Assembly (NCBI RefSeq): GCF_036321535.1
Contig: NC_087436.1
Span: 123,196,001 to 123,260,000 of the forward strand
Length of the DNA: 64,000 bases
Source: Camelus dromedarius
Lineage: Eukaryota
Direction: 5' to 3'
Position numbers and translations under genes: made by a program. Positions 1-11,247 of this stretch are shown piece after piece; the first letter of the stretch is position 1; every line of letters starts with the position of its first letter. A model generated the notes under the pieces. The model ran no database searches. It saw nothing but the letters and a program-made list of their open reading frames with translations, and had not been told where the DNA came from.

Positions 1-827
1 CAGGTGACCCATTTCTTAAAAAGGAAGTGAGATGAAGCTAATCCCGGAGATTACTATATTCAGGTCGCTGGACCCAGGCTTGTTTGAGCAGATAAGTTTA
101 AGAGGATTGCAGCACAGCTCAGGATCGGGGGTCCATCCACAAGTCTGTTTGTCTCTGGGGACAAGGGGACAGTGGAGACCGGCAGTGGGTAATCCCCACT
201 GGGTTCCTTCGTGGAACGTGGATGAGACTGACCCAGCTCACGGGCCTGCTTCCCACTCCCAGGCCAGACCCTGATCCTCGGAGGTGGGACAAGACACCCT
301 CCCCTGCCCACCGCGGCCTCCCCTTCCTGCTCCTTCTCCTCAGAGGCCCTCACACGTGTCCAACAGGCACCTCAGCAGCCTGGCCCAGTCTGACATGTCC
401 TCCCCTGCCCAAACCACCCTCTTCTCCCCAGGGTGGGGCTCCCTCCTCCTGGCGCACGGGCCTCACACCGCAGAACCTGTCCCCTCGAATCTCCCAGCTC
501 CAGGCACTGCCGCCCACTCCTTGACCAGACCTGGCTTCCCCATCGCTTCTCCTGAACCCCCAAAACTTGCCTGCCCCAGCGAGCAGTATGGTTTCCCAGG
601 AGGTTGCGAATTTAGGGCTCTGGGGCCCACTGACTCCTTTCTGGGCCCCTGTACCAGCCCCTGCTCTGACCCCTTCCTCCCCAGACTCTTGTCCATGGAG
701 CTGTCAGTTAAGGGGGCATTAGTGCCTGCCTAGGCCACCTTCCCCAAACGTGACAGTCCCCTGTGGGCTGACTCGTCCCTCAGGGCTTGTGGGGGCCCCT
801 CACTGACCCCCGAGGCCCAGCACCCAC

Positions 828-1295
828 CTCCGTCACATCCTTGACGTTCACGGTTTTCTTGGTCTGAGCCACATGGCCCACGACCCCAATGTCCAGTGGA
901 AAGACGATCTCGGAGTCGGGGGGCACCAGGCAGTCCTCCAGGATGCTGTCGTGCTGCACGCTGAAGAGGCGCGTGGCGAGCTCGGCCACGCCATTGCGCT
1001 GGCGGTACATGAAGAGGCTGCAGCGGTCGGCACGCAGGATGGAGCAGAGGCGCCGCAGGATCTTGAAGACCACCCTCTCCATGTTCACACTCTCCTGCAT
1101 GTCCTGCACCAGCTCGAACAGTGCCGCACTCTCCTCCACCTGGCACAGCTCTCGGAAGCTGGCGCCGCCCGCCAGGGCCGTGTCCTCGCAGGCGCTGGCC
1201 GCATCCTCAGGGCTCAGCTTCTTCCCAAAGTACTGGTCCGTGAAGCCCGGGTTCTGGTCCAGGAACTTTTGCACCTGCTCCTCGCTGAGGCTCAT
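828..1295 (-). CDS. PDE6B: Rod cGMP phosphodiesterase beta subunit, coding exon 1 (156 codons, N-terminus and start of GAF-A); the rest of the gene lies beyond position 1
   Basis: Translation [18 protein letters not shown]...[24 protein letters not shown]...[19 protein letters not shown] matches the PDE6B N-terminus. ATG at 1295 in ACCATG context. The exon is 468 nt and ends GAG|GTGGGT (donor). Confidence 0.97.
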
Positions 1296-1344
1296 GGTGT
1301 CCCGCTGCCCGTCCGGCCCCAGGTGCACAGGGACCTCCAGCAAA

Positions 1345-1420
1345 CACTGTCATCAGCAAAGCCTTTCTTAGCGATGATTACCACACCAGCTGACTCACCC
1401 TCGCCTGCCCGCCCTCGCCT
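1345..1420 (-). promoter_or_regulatory. PDE6B: PDE6B proximal rod promoter (AP-1/NRL-type element, CRX-type TAATC, MARE half-site, GC/GT boxes)
   Basis: Minus strand reads GTGAGTCAGCTGGTGTGGTAATCATCGCTAAGAAAGGCTTTGCTGATGACAG. TGAGTCA at 1391-1397, TAATC at 1376-1380 and TGCTGA at 1353-1358, all 60-100 nt upstream of the ATG. Confidence 0.8.
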
Positions 1421-4400
1421 TAGACCTGGACTTCCCACTTCCTGGGAAAATCAGACCCCCAGGAGTGGGGACTATAGGCTAACACTCAGGGGCTTCGCCA
1501 ATAGCGGGAGTCCTGGGCTGTAGGGGAGCAGCACTTGGCTTCTAGGGGGGCAGGCCTCGACCCCCACCCCCTGGAGAGAGATAGTCCCAAAAGACACTGG
1601 GCCCCTTTTTGCCTGAGGGGCCCTGAGTATCTGGGGCTGTCCAGCAGGTAGCTCCAGGGCTCCTGGGCACCCGCACTTGGGCACAGGTGAGCTGGGGTGG
1701 GCAGGCAACCAGCTCTACCTCGGAAAGTTACAGCCCAGCTGTAAGAGGGGGAGAGGGGATGGAGGGTGCAGCCCATGCCAGTGGAGGGAAGTGGGGAGAA
1801 GGGAGGCAGGTGTGGAGCTGGGACCACAAGGTGGGGTCTGCACATACTTTCCTTTCTCCTGTCTGGTGACGAGGTGGCTCTTGTTCAGACTGGCACCCTC
1901 GGTCAGAGGGCGTCTCAGTGAATCCCCACCATGCGTCTCTCTTCTCAGCCAAATCCCTGCTTATTGAGAGCCCTTTATTCATGACACTCGACCCTCTCCT
2001 TGTGTGGAGCCCACAGCCGCACCACTACTGCATTTTACAGACAGGATTATTCCTGAGTGCCGGTGCCTCAGACAGGGCCTGTGGGCCCAGACGGCAGCAG
2101 TGCCTCTGCTGGGGGCCATGTCCACCTTTCCCCAGACGTACTGGCCTCCCTGTGAGACATGACGTGATGAAAAGGCTGGATTACAAATGGAGGACCACCC
2201 TGGCCTGTCTGACCCTCCTGCCTCAGGATGGTCCTCCACATTGCACCAGAGACTGTGCAGATGTGTGTGTGTGTGCGTTTGCATACACGTGGTTCATGCT
2301 GGGTGTGCCCGTGGACTGCTGGAAGTTTGGGGGCAGGGCCTCTGTCCACAGTGTGGACTAGCCGTGCACACCACTCAGCAAAGCCTGGGTGGGCCCCTGG
2401 ATTCGAGGGTCCCCTCCCATAGCTGCCAGAGAGTGATGCTGATGGACTCGGGGTCCTCCTGGCCAAGCCCGGGGCCTCAATTGAGGGAAAGGGCCTGGAG
2501 CTACTTTGTCTCTCTTGTGCTGCTGGAGTCCCTGTCCCCACCACACTCTTAACCAGGCTGCAGGTAAGGTGAGATTTTGACTCTCACTGTGCTGAGCTGG
2601 TCGGGAGGCGTGTGTACACGTGTATAGGCGTGCAATGTGCACACGTGTGTGTGAGTGCAGGGCCAGTGCCTCTTGTGCTTACAAACGTTTCCTCAGCACA
2701 AGTTCTGGTTCCTGGCCACTCTCTGTATGGGCCCTGGGCTGGCGCCCTGCAGCTGCCTGGCCACAATGGGCCCAGCTGGCTGAGCACGGGGCATCGGCCT
2801 TGTGTGTGACGTTCCTGCCTCCGCTTAGTCACGCAGCAGATTCCTTTCAGGGATCTGCTCTGAGGTCTCCCACTTCCCTAAAAATAGTGAGGGTGAATGC
2901 GGGCGGGGGAGACACGGTGCCAGGTTGGGGAGGCAGGTGCTGTGGGCGGGGGCTGCAGGGCTTGGATCGGGGGCCAGGGCCGTGGGTCACTTCACTCTCA
3001 GCTCAGCACCAGACTGCTACCAGAGCCCCTCCGGAGTACTGTCCAAATTATGCCCAGATGTGATGGCCGTCCGGCTGAGCCGCCCGGAGAGCCAGCGTGT
3101 GAGGGGATGCGTCCCAGATCCTCTGCCTGCCCTACTCCCAGGCCCAGCCTCCCTGCTCTCTCTCCCCCTCCCTGCAAGGCTGAGGGTTGCGGGGTAGGGG
3201 AATGACGCTCACATGAGTGAGGGGTGCACCTGCTTCTAGGGGAGGGGAGGGCGTGGCCCAGGGCTCAGAGTAGCTGCTGGAGGGTGCGTGGGGTGGGGGG
3301 CCTGTAGCAGGAGCAGAGTGGGTGGGGAGGAAGGTGCTGGCTGAGGAGCTTGGGGCGCTAGCGCGGGACAGCTGGGGGCTGTGGGTGAGAGCCAAGGGGG
3401 CGCGGAGCGACTGGCTGGCGGGTCTGCTGCCCTGAGCCTGCAGGCTCGCAGGGGTGGGGCGGTGGCCCTGCTGTCAGCGCCCTGAGGAGCCTGGGCCCAG
3501 GCCCTGCAGGGCGGAGTGCAGGTGCTGCCGCCTACCTGCAGGCCACCCTCCTCCCCCTCCACACGCCCAGCGGTGGGGCCCAGGCCCTGCAGGGCGGGCT
3601 CTTGACGCAGTGAGGTGCACCTGTGAGGTGCACCTGTGTGGCCTGGCATTTAGGTGCCTGTGTCCACCTGGGACGTTCACCCGTAAGGAGATACGCCAGG
3701 AGGCCTGCCTGTGAGATGGGCCTGTAGATACAGCTGTGTTCAAGGCCCATCAGACACAACAGGTAACTTCTCCACAGATGAACCTGGAGGCTGTCTGAGA
3801 AGTGGGACTGCTCCTTCACCCGTTTCCATTAATTTACCTCTTACAATGTGGAATTTTAAAATTCGCAAGCACGTCCTGGGAGCCATTTATATCGAATGCT
3901 ATCACACGAGAGAGTTCTGGATTCCCGTCTCAAATGTGGAGAGGAGGCCCCTTCACCAGGAGCAATGCCCTGAAATGAAAACTTGCCAGTCAGGACGGAT
4001 GGCGGGGAAACCGGGTTCACGTGCAGGAGTCTCATGAAATTTGTGGTGCAGTGGGGTACATGTCCCTTAGGACCTTGTCTTTCCACATGGGATTTGCTGG
4101 CAAGATGGCAGGAGAGGTGGTCACTGGCCCTGCCGTGAAAGGACGGAGGATACAGTGGGAGGTGGGGTGAGATGGGGTGTGGTGGGGACTCTGACCTGAG
4201 GTCGCCAGAGGGTGAGTGTGCACCCCTTGCCCCGGCCCCACCCTCTGCCCTCCTGCTGCCTGACTCCAGGGCAGTCTCTGGCCCACCAGGGTCTTGCCAC
4301 GTTGTTTCTGGTGGGTGTAAAGTGAGGGCATGTCGTGAGGCCCCGTGGAATAGGCACAGGGACCGCGGGAGGGGAGCAGGAGGCTGGGAGTGGAGAGAAC

Positions 4401-4949
4401 AGAGGTCCAAGTTGGGGGGGGTATGGATGGAGGGGTGCAGAGCTGGGAGCAGAGGGACGAGGGTCCACCTGTCAGGGGTTTTGGCTAATCTGGTAGGGGA
4501 GCCAAAACTTGGGCAAAAAATCACGTCAAGCCAAGAAGAGATAGCAAGGCTCACGCTTTCTTGGGCCGTGGGTCCAGGAGACATTAGCACTTCCTCATTC
4601 ATATTTCATGACCATCTTCTGTGTAGGACAGACTCGGGTCTTACTGTGCTTGAGCCCCCGGTGTTGGGTGTGAGGACCTACAGACAGGACCACTGCCCCT
4701 CCCTGGGAATGCGGCTGGAGGGCCAGACCCACGTACCGCACAGAGCAGAAGGGCAGGTGCAGGAGTGGGACGCATGTTCCTTCTGATGGTCTGGACGTCC
4801 AGGCCCCGTCCCAGTAGGATCTGAGGTGCCCGAAGGGCAGCTCAGGGAGACTGGTGGTCCCTTGTGAGCGTGGCTCCGGGAGCAGGCAGGTCAGGGAGGG
4901 GAAGGGAGGCCCCACAGAGCGGCTGAGGTCTTCTCAGCGAACCAGCCTG

Positions 4950-5150
4950 GGGCTGGCCCTGCAAGACTCATGAGTGTGGTCACCTTAGACCATCCAGCCC
5001 CAGGCCAGCTACCAGCTGACCACAGCTGCAATGTGACCTCAGGGAAGACTGGCAGAACTGCCCAGCTAAGCCTAGTCCAAGTGGCTGACCCACAGAATCA
5101 TGAGAAAATGAAGTTGTTTAAGCCACAATGTTAGGGGGCATTTTGTCACG
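4950..5150 (+). mobile_element. MaLR (MLT1-type) LTR 3' fragment
   Basis: cagaactgcccagctaagcc...gacccacagaatcatgagaaaat...gttgttttaagccac resembles the typical MLT1 3' end. Boundaries approximate. Confidence 0.55.
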
Positions 5151-6489
5151 TTATGCATGGCTGGCTCCTTGAAAACAGAGCCTCAGGCATGGATTAAGTG
5201 TGAATACTTTACAAGAGAGATACAATCCCAGGGAGCAGGGCAGGGATCAGGGGTGGGGTGGTGGAGAGTGAGTTGAAGTCACCTGAGCCCTGGTTCTTGG
5301 GGAGCCGCAGACACAGCTGGCGGTTCAGCAAGTGTGCCCCTTGGCGCGTGCACAGAGAAACCTGCCCAGAATCGCCGTGGGAGGAGGAAGGGGAATCTCT
5401 TCTTTCTACTCCCTCCAGCCTCCTGCGTCCCTGTGGCCAGAGCTGGCCCCATTGGGAATGAGCTCTCCACGCTTTGGGGCACTCCTAGCCCCTTGGGCAG
5501 CTGTTCAGAAACCCAGACGCCTGCCCGTTGGGTGGAGTTTCACTCACAGCCACAGGGGATCGAGAGCTTGGTCAGTGCCAGGTGGGCCAGTCGGAGGGGG
5601 CTGAGCTGGAGGGGAGGCGGGGATCGGGGCACCAAGATTGTCCCAGGGGCCATGGTGTGTGTCTGACTCTGTGTTCCCAGAGGTTCACCCCCAACTAAGA
5701 GGTGGTTCTTCAGCCGAAATAGGACCTGTTAGACGTCATGAAAGAAAGCACACGTGGTTGGAGAGCTGGAAATAAAGTCATGCTTCCGCCGACCTTGAAG
5801 GAACCAAAGGGGCCTGTGTGGGGCCCATGGGTGGAGGCAGGTCTCCCTCCCTAATGCCGCTTCCACCCCGGAGCTTTATGCTTTTTGGTGATGTACACTC
5901 CTTCCAGGCCTCCTCCTCTTTGCACACACATCCGAGCCAGCAATTCTGGAACGGGACTCAAGACACGGGTCACTTGTTGCTCACCACTGTTTTAGTGGCT
6001 GTGCAGAATTCCACTGTGCGGCGTTCCCATGACTTATTGAATTAATCTCTTATTCATGGACCTTTAGAGGGTTTCCATGTGGGCTTTGAGGGAGATTAAA
6101 TGATGTCCTGTCTCTGCCCCAGATCAGGAGCATGTGCGAGCGTGGACGGAGAGGGTCACCTTTGCCACTGATGGCCCTCCAGGAAGGCTTGGCCTCGTGT
6201 GCTGCAGGGGCCCAGCTGGGGCTGTGACCTGACGTGACTCCAGGGGAGACGGCAGGAGAGACAGAATCCCTCAAGCTTACAGAATCTTAATGGTTTTGCT
6301 TCACTCAATCATAAAAAGGACCCATGGCTATGACTGCCTACCAAGCAGTGTTCCTCATTCATGGGTGGGGCGGTCTTAGGGGCCCATAGGAGTGCAGGGC
6401 GTGGGGGCAGGGAGGTCGAAGCAGTCATCCCCTCGGTACCACAAGGCTGTATCTGGTCTCTTCTGTTTAAAACTATAATGAAGAGGGAC

Positions 6490-6842
6490 CTGCTGAGTTC
6501 ACTTCTGCCTCGTGTTTTTTCAACCTGGAATCTGTGAATGTGAATCAATTTGGAAATAAAATCTTTGCAGTGATAACCAATCTAGGATGAGGCCATCCCC
6601 AGTGTCTTTATAAGAAGAGGCACAGAGGGGAAGGCCATTCGTGGATGGAGACAGAGACGGCGTGGTACGTCTGCAGACCAAGGGGTGCCAAGGACTCCAG
6701 CCAGCACAGAAGCTGGAGAGAGACTTGGAACATATTCCCCAGAGAGGACCAGCCCGCAACTTGGACTTCTGGCCTCCAGAACTGAGGGACGCTGAACTGT
6801 TTAAGCCCCTACTCTGTGTAACTGGTTAGGGCAAACCTAGCA
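6490..6842 (+). mobile_element. MaLR (MLT1B/C-like) solo LTR
   Basis: tgtgaatgtga...tttggaaataaaatctttgcag...ggatgaggccatcc...tttataagaagagg...ttggacttctggcctccagaactg...tgtttaagcc are hallmark MLT1 motifs. Confidence 0.7.
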
Positions 6843-7464
6843 GAGGAGCACCAGTGTGGGCCAGGTTTGGCCGTGGGCTGTGGTTTGCCTGGTCCGAGCT
6901 TCATTCTGTGGCCAGTGACCCGCTGGGGACCAGCTAGGAACCACCTTGGCTTCCCAGCAGCCGTCACCAGTGCAGAGGGGAGTGCCCGGGCCATGCTGAC
7001 AGTCAGAGCTGCTGCTTTCTGAGCACACACAGTGGTCTCCCAGTGGAGGCTGTCCTGGGGACCGCCAGTCTGAGGGACGTGCCCAGACCCAAGGAGGGAA
7101 GAGTTGTAAACTTGTGGGAATGGAGCTGGAACCCACCCTCCTCCACAGTTTGTTGGTTCAGCCCTTTGAGCAGCTTTTCGGAAACTGCGGCAGAAATTCA
7201 CTTGCAACTGTAGGGGTCAGGACTCCCCAGAGAATCAGACCAATAGGTCTGTGGCTCCAGCCTGGTGTGTCCCAGGCCCGGGACCTGAGTGGGACTCGCC
7301 ACGGGATGTGGGAGTGAAGGGACAGACTGAATGCACAGAAAACAAGTTAGAAGGGATGGGGCCTCATTTGAGACAGGGTATGATTACTGAGCATTGAGAC
7401 AAAAACTTAGGCGATGAGCACAGGCAGGAGGATCAAGAGGAACATTTATGAGTCCTGTGACTGA

Positions 7465-7880
7465 ACATTGTGGCTCAAAGGACCAGGAGAAACTGCTCAG
7501 AAGACACTGTGGCTGCAAGTCAGGTGGCGAGTAAGGAGCTGGGATAAAATACTGCTGCCCAGCTGGGATCACGGAGGCTGTGGCGGGCAGTCCAGTAGGA
7601 GGATTACGCTCCACCCGCTCCATCCCTACAACCGACCTCAGGCAACTGGTCTGTGGCTGAGGGGATGTGGGAGGAAGGAAGACTGTCACCTCTAAATAGC
7701 CAGAGGGGGAGGGCCTCCACTGCCCTTTGTCCCTCTTCCATGAATACATTCTCAAAAGGGCTCTCTGGAATCCTGGAATGAAGATGACATACTACAGCTT
7801 TCTGCAACCACAAAATATGAATGAGGAATAACTTGTTGTAAGCCACACTCATCTGAGGCCGTTTACTACCCTAGAATAAC
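7465..7880 (+). mobile_element. Old MaLR-like LTR
   Basis: Ends ...gaataacttgttgtaagccac...tttactaccctagaataaca, an MLT1-like 3' end. Heavily diverged. Confidence 0.4.
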
Positions 7881-8006
7881 ACCAGAAGTTAACTTATTTT
7901 TAAACCGCAGTTCAGAGTTGACTTAATCCTATTCTCCAGTTCACAAGACATTATCATCATTGGTCCAAGTCCCTCTTATATTTTATTTTGCCCATCTGTC
8001 CTCTTG

Positions 8007-8138
8007 ATCCATCCATCCATCCACCACTCACCATCCATCCATCATCCATCCATCCATCCACAATTCATTCACCTTCCACCATCCATCCACCATCTATCCA
8101 TCCACCATCCAATTCACCATCCACCATCCATCCATCCC
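8007..8138 (+). repeat. Degenerate (CCAT)n microsatellite
   Basis: atccatccatccatccaccactcaccatccatccatc... over about 130 nt. Confidence 0.9.
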
Positions 8139-9108
8139 AGCTCCTGTCTTCGAGTTTGAATACTCCCTTCCAGTACCTTCCATCAGAAACCACCTTAAAA
8201 AGTTACGGGGGCATATAAAGAAAAAGTTCATGTTCTTTTATGAATTTATGTTCAAACTAAGAGATTCAATTTACTCATTGTTACTATAAGCCACCAAGCA
8301 ATGTTTAAAGGGAAATTTATAGCATTATATAAGAAGGAAGGTCTCAAATCAGAACCAGAAAAAGAAGGGCAAACTAAAGCCAAAGCAAGCAGAAAAAAGG
8401 AGAATAATAGAAGAGCAGAAATCAATGAAATAGGAAACAAAAAATTAAGAAAGTAATGAAACCAAAATCCAGTTTTTTGGAACTGGTCAAAAATTAATAA
8501 ACCTTTAGCCAAACTGATGAAGAAAAAACACATGAATTATCAATATCAGGAATGAAAGAGGAAATTTCACTACAGATCCTTCAAATACAAAATAATAAAA
8601 TTTTTTTTTTCAAACATTTTATTCTCTCAGCTTTATTGAGATATATTTTACATATAATAAAAACCACAATTTATAAGGGGATATTGTGGACAACTTTATG
8701 CCAACAAATCTAAAAACTTAAATGTAATAGACAAATTCTTCAAAAGACACAAACTACTAACACTTCTTTAAGAAAAAATACTATAACCTAAATAGCCCTA
8801 TAACTGTTTTTAAAAATTGAATTTATGGTTAAAATCACTTTAACCCCAGATGGCTTCAGAAATGAATTCTACCAAGCACTTTAGGAGGAAATAATACCAA
8901 TTCTACAGACTCTTCCGAAAAGAGACAATAAGTGAGTACTTATCAACTCATTTGATGAATGCAGCATTATGCTGACACCAAGACAAGACAAAAACATTAC
9001 AAAAGAAAACTGAAAATAATATCCCTCATGAATATGCACATAAAAATCCTCAACAAAACAATGGCAAGTCACATCCACCCCTGTATAAAAAGGACAGCAT
9101 GTCATGAC

Positions 9109-9559
9109 TGATGGGAAAGGCAGACTTGTGCATGCAGTCTTTTACCCCCCACTTGGCCACATAAAAATGCACCTTGGACCTAGAGCATTTCCTCACCAAG
9201 AGGTAAAGAGTCCTCACAGCCTGTGCTGGGCTTGTCATCTGTGTGGGCATATTTTTTCCTGTTTCAGACTCTACGTGTGTTCCTTTGTTCTGCCTATATC
9301 TGTTGCATGAGGGGAGGAGATGGGGTCCTTCTGCTGCAGCACAAGAGGGGTGCATGCAGGCTAATGGCCATGTATCAGCTGCTGTGAGGGACCCACTAGT
9401 CATGGGAGACCAACACTCACTAGTGAAGCTGTTCTCTTGCTCTGTTGCTTCTCTGTGTGAGTAAAGCTTGTTCCATCCAGTGCTTAACTGTACTGTGTTT
9501 TTCCTTGGTGACTCCAACACCAAGGTGTAGTAGACAGAAGTATTTGTACTTCTCCTCCA
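9109..9559 (+). mobile_element. LTR-like element inserted into L1 ORF2
   Basis: The L1 text catgac|caagtgggattt is interrupted by about 450 nt starting TG and ending CA, with an AGTAAA poly(A)-like signal near 9460. No clear TSD. Confidence 0.55.
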
Positions 9560-10098
9560 AAGAGGGATTTATCTCAGGAATGCAAGGTTGGTTTAATACT
9601 GAAACTCAATGAATGTAATTCACCATACTAACAGACTGAAAATGAAAAATCATACAATAATCTCAACAATTACAACAGCAACAACAACAATAGATTGACA
9701 AAACTCATCACCTGTTCAAGATAAAAACTTTCAGAAAACTAGACATAGATTTCAACTTGATGGATGTTTTCTCCAAAAAAGCTACAATTTACATCATACT
9801 TTAAGATGAAAAACCAAATGATTTCCCACCGAAATCAGGAACAAGGCAAGACTTTTTTTACTCTCACTACTTCTATTAACTACTATGCATGTGGGACTAG
9901 CCAATGGAATAAAGCAAGAAAATGAAATGAAAGGCATGCAGGTAGGAAAGGAAGCAGCAAAACTACTTCCACTTACCTGTGATATGACTGTCTTTATAGA
10001 AAATGTTAAAGAATCTACAAAAATAGATTGCTAGAACCAATAAGTAATTTAGCAAGGTTGCAGGATGAAAAGGCAGCTTAAAAGTCAAACGTATTTCT

Positions 10099-10262
10099 GG
10101 GGTTGGGGGTGGGTAGAGCTCAGTGGTAGAGTGTGTGCTTAGCATGCGCGAGGCCCTGGGTTTAGTTTCCCCAGTACCACCATATACATATATATGTGTG
10201 TATATATATATATATAAAATCACCTCCCTTCCGAAAAAAGAATTAAAAAAGAAAAACAATTT
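10099..10262 (+). mobile_element. tRNA-derived camelid-type SINE (vic-1-like)
   Basis: tRNA-like head agctcagtggtagag...gaggccctgggtttag, then a (TA)n/A-rich tail. Flanked by an imperfect duplication aaagtcaaacgtatttc / aaatcaaatgtacttc. Confidence 0.85.
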
Positions 10263-11064
10263 TAAATCAAATGTACTTCCATACACTAGAAACAAACAAT
10301 TGGACAATAAATTATTATTTAAAGTAATATTTACAAAAGGAATAAATATATGAAATTCTTAAAGGCAAGTCTAATAAAATGTGTGCAAGGCCTGTACACT
10401 AAAAACTATAAAATATTGAGAGAAATTAATAAAGAAAACATGCCCTAAATAAATGTAGAGTTAAATCATGTTCATGGATCAGAAGAGTCAACATTGCTAA
10501 CATATCAGTTACTCCCAGGTTAATCTATAGGTTCAACATAATCCTAATCAAAATCTTGATAGACGTTTTTGGGTAGAAATTGCCAAACTGATTCTAAAAT
10601 TTATATGGGAATGCCGAGGCTCTAGAATAGTAAAAACAATTCTGAAAAAGGACAACTTACATTACCAGTTATCAGGTTTTATTACAGAGCTACAACCATT
10701 AAGTCAGTGTAGTATTGGCAGAAGGGTGGACATACAGATCAACAGGATGGAAGCGGGAGTGTAGAAATAGTTACTTGTTCTTACAGACATTGATTTTCAA
10801 TAAAAGTGCGAAGGCAGTTTCTTGGGAAAGGTAAGTACTTTCAGCAAACGGTGCTGGAACAGGTGGACATCACCTGCAACAACAAAAACCTCAACCATTA
10901 CCAACACCAGACACAAAATCTAATTCAAAGTGGGCCACAGATACGTGCTTCAGAGCTAAAACTGTAAAACTGTTGAAAGAAATAGAAAAAATATTGTGAC
11001 CTTGGTTTAGGCAAATATTTCTGATATAAAGCACAAAAACCGTGAAAGAAAAAGTAATAAATCA

Positions 11065-11247
11065 AGGTGGGGGTATGGCTAAGTGGTAGAGCACTTGCTT
11101 AGCACACACGTGGTCCTGGGTTCAATCCCCAGTGTCTTTGTTAAGGGAATAAAAAATTTTTTTGTAGGTAAGTAAATAAATAAATAAACCTAATTACCTC
11201 CCTCTCCAAAAAAAGAACAAAATAAACAAACAAAGAAAAATTTTTTT
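11065..11247 (+). mobile_element. tRNA-derived camelid-type SINE (vic-1-like)
   Basis: A/B-box head ggctaagtggtagagc...ctgggttcaatcccc and an A-rich tail. Perfect 14-bp TSD AAAGTAATAAATCA at 11051-11064 and 11248-11261. Confidence 0.92.

Noticed and set aside
1296..1343. 16-aa extension of PDE6B, plus the ORF tail at 780-827
   Set aside because: The extension starts at a non-ATG codon in the 5' UTR, and the tail is read-through past the donor at 827 into intron 1.
873..1523. 216-aa + strand ORF
   Set aside because: Antisense shadow of PDE6B exon 1 codon bias.
3856..4786. Long ORFs of 248 and 204 aa (similarly 23731-24462 and 55518-56246)
   Set aside because: No recognisable homology, Pro/Ser/Gly-rich composition and overlapping ORFs on both strands, typical of chance ORFs in GC-rich mammalian DNA.
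11066..11135. tRNA gene
   Set aside because: A/B boxes are present, but an A-rich tail and a TSD follow, so it is a SINE head rather than a tRNA.
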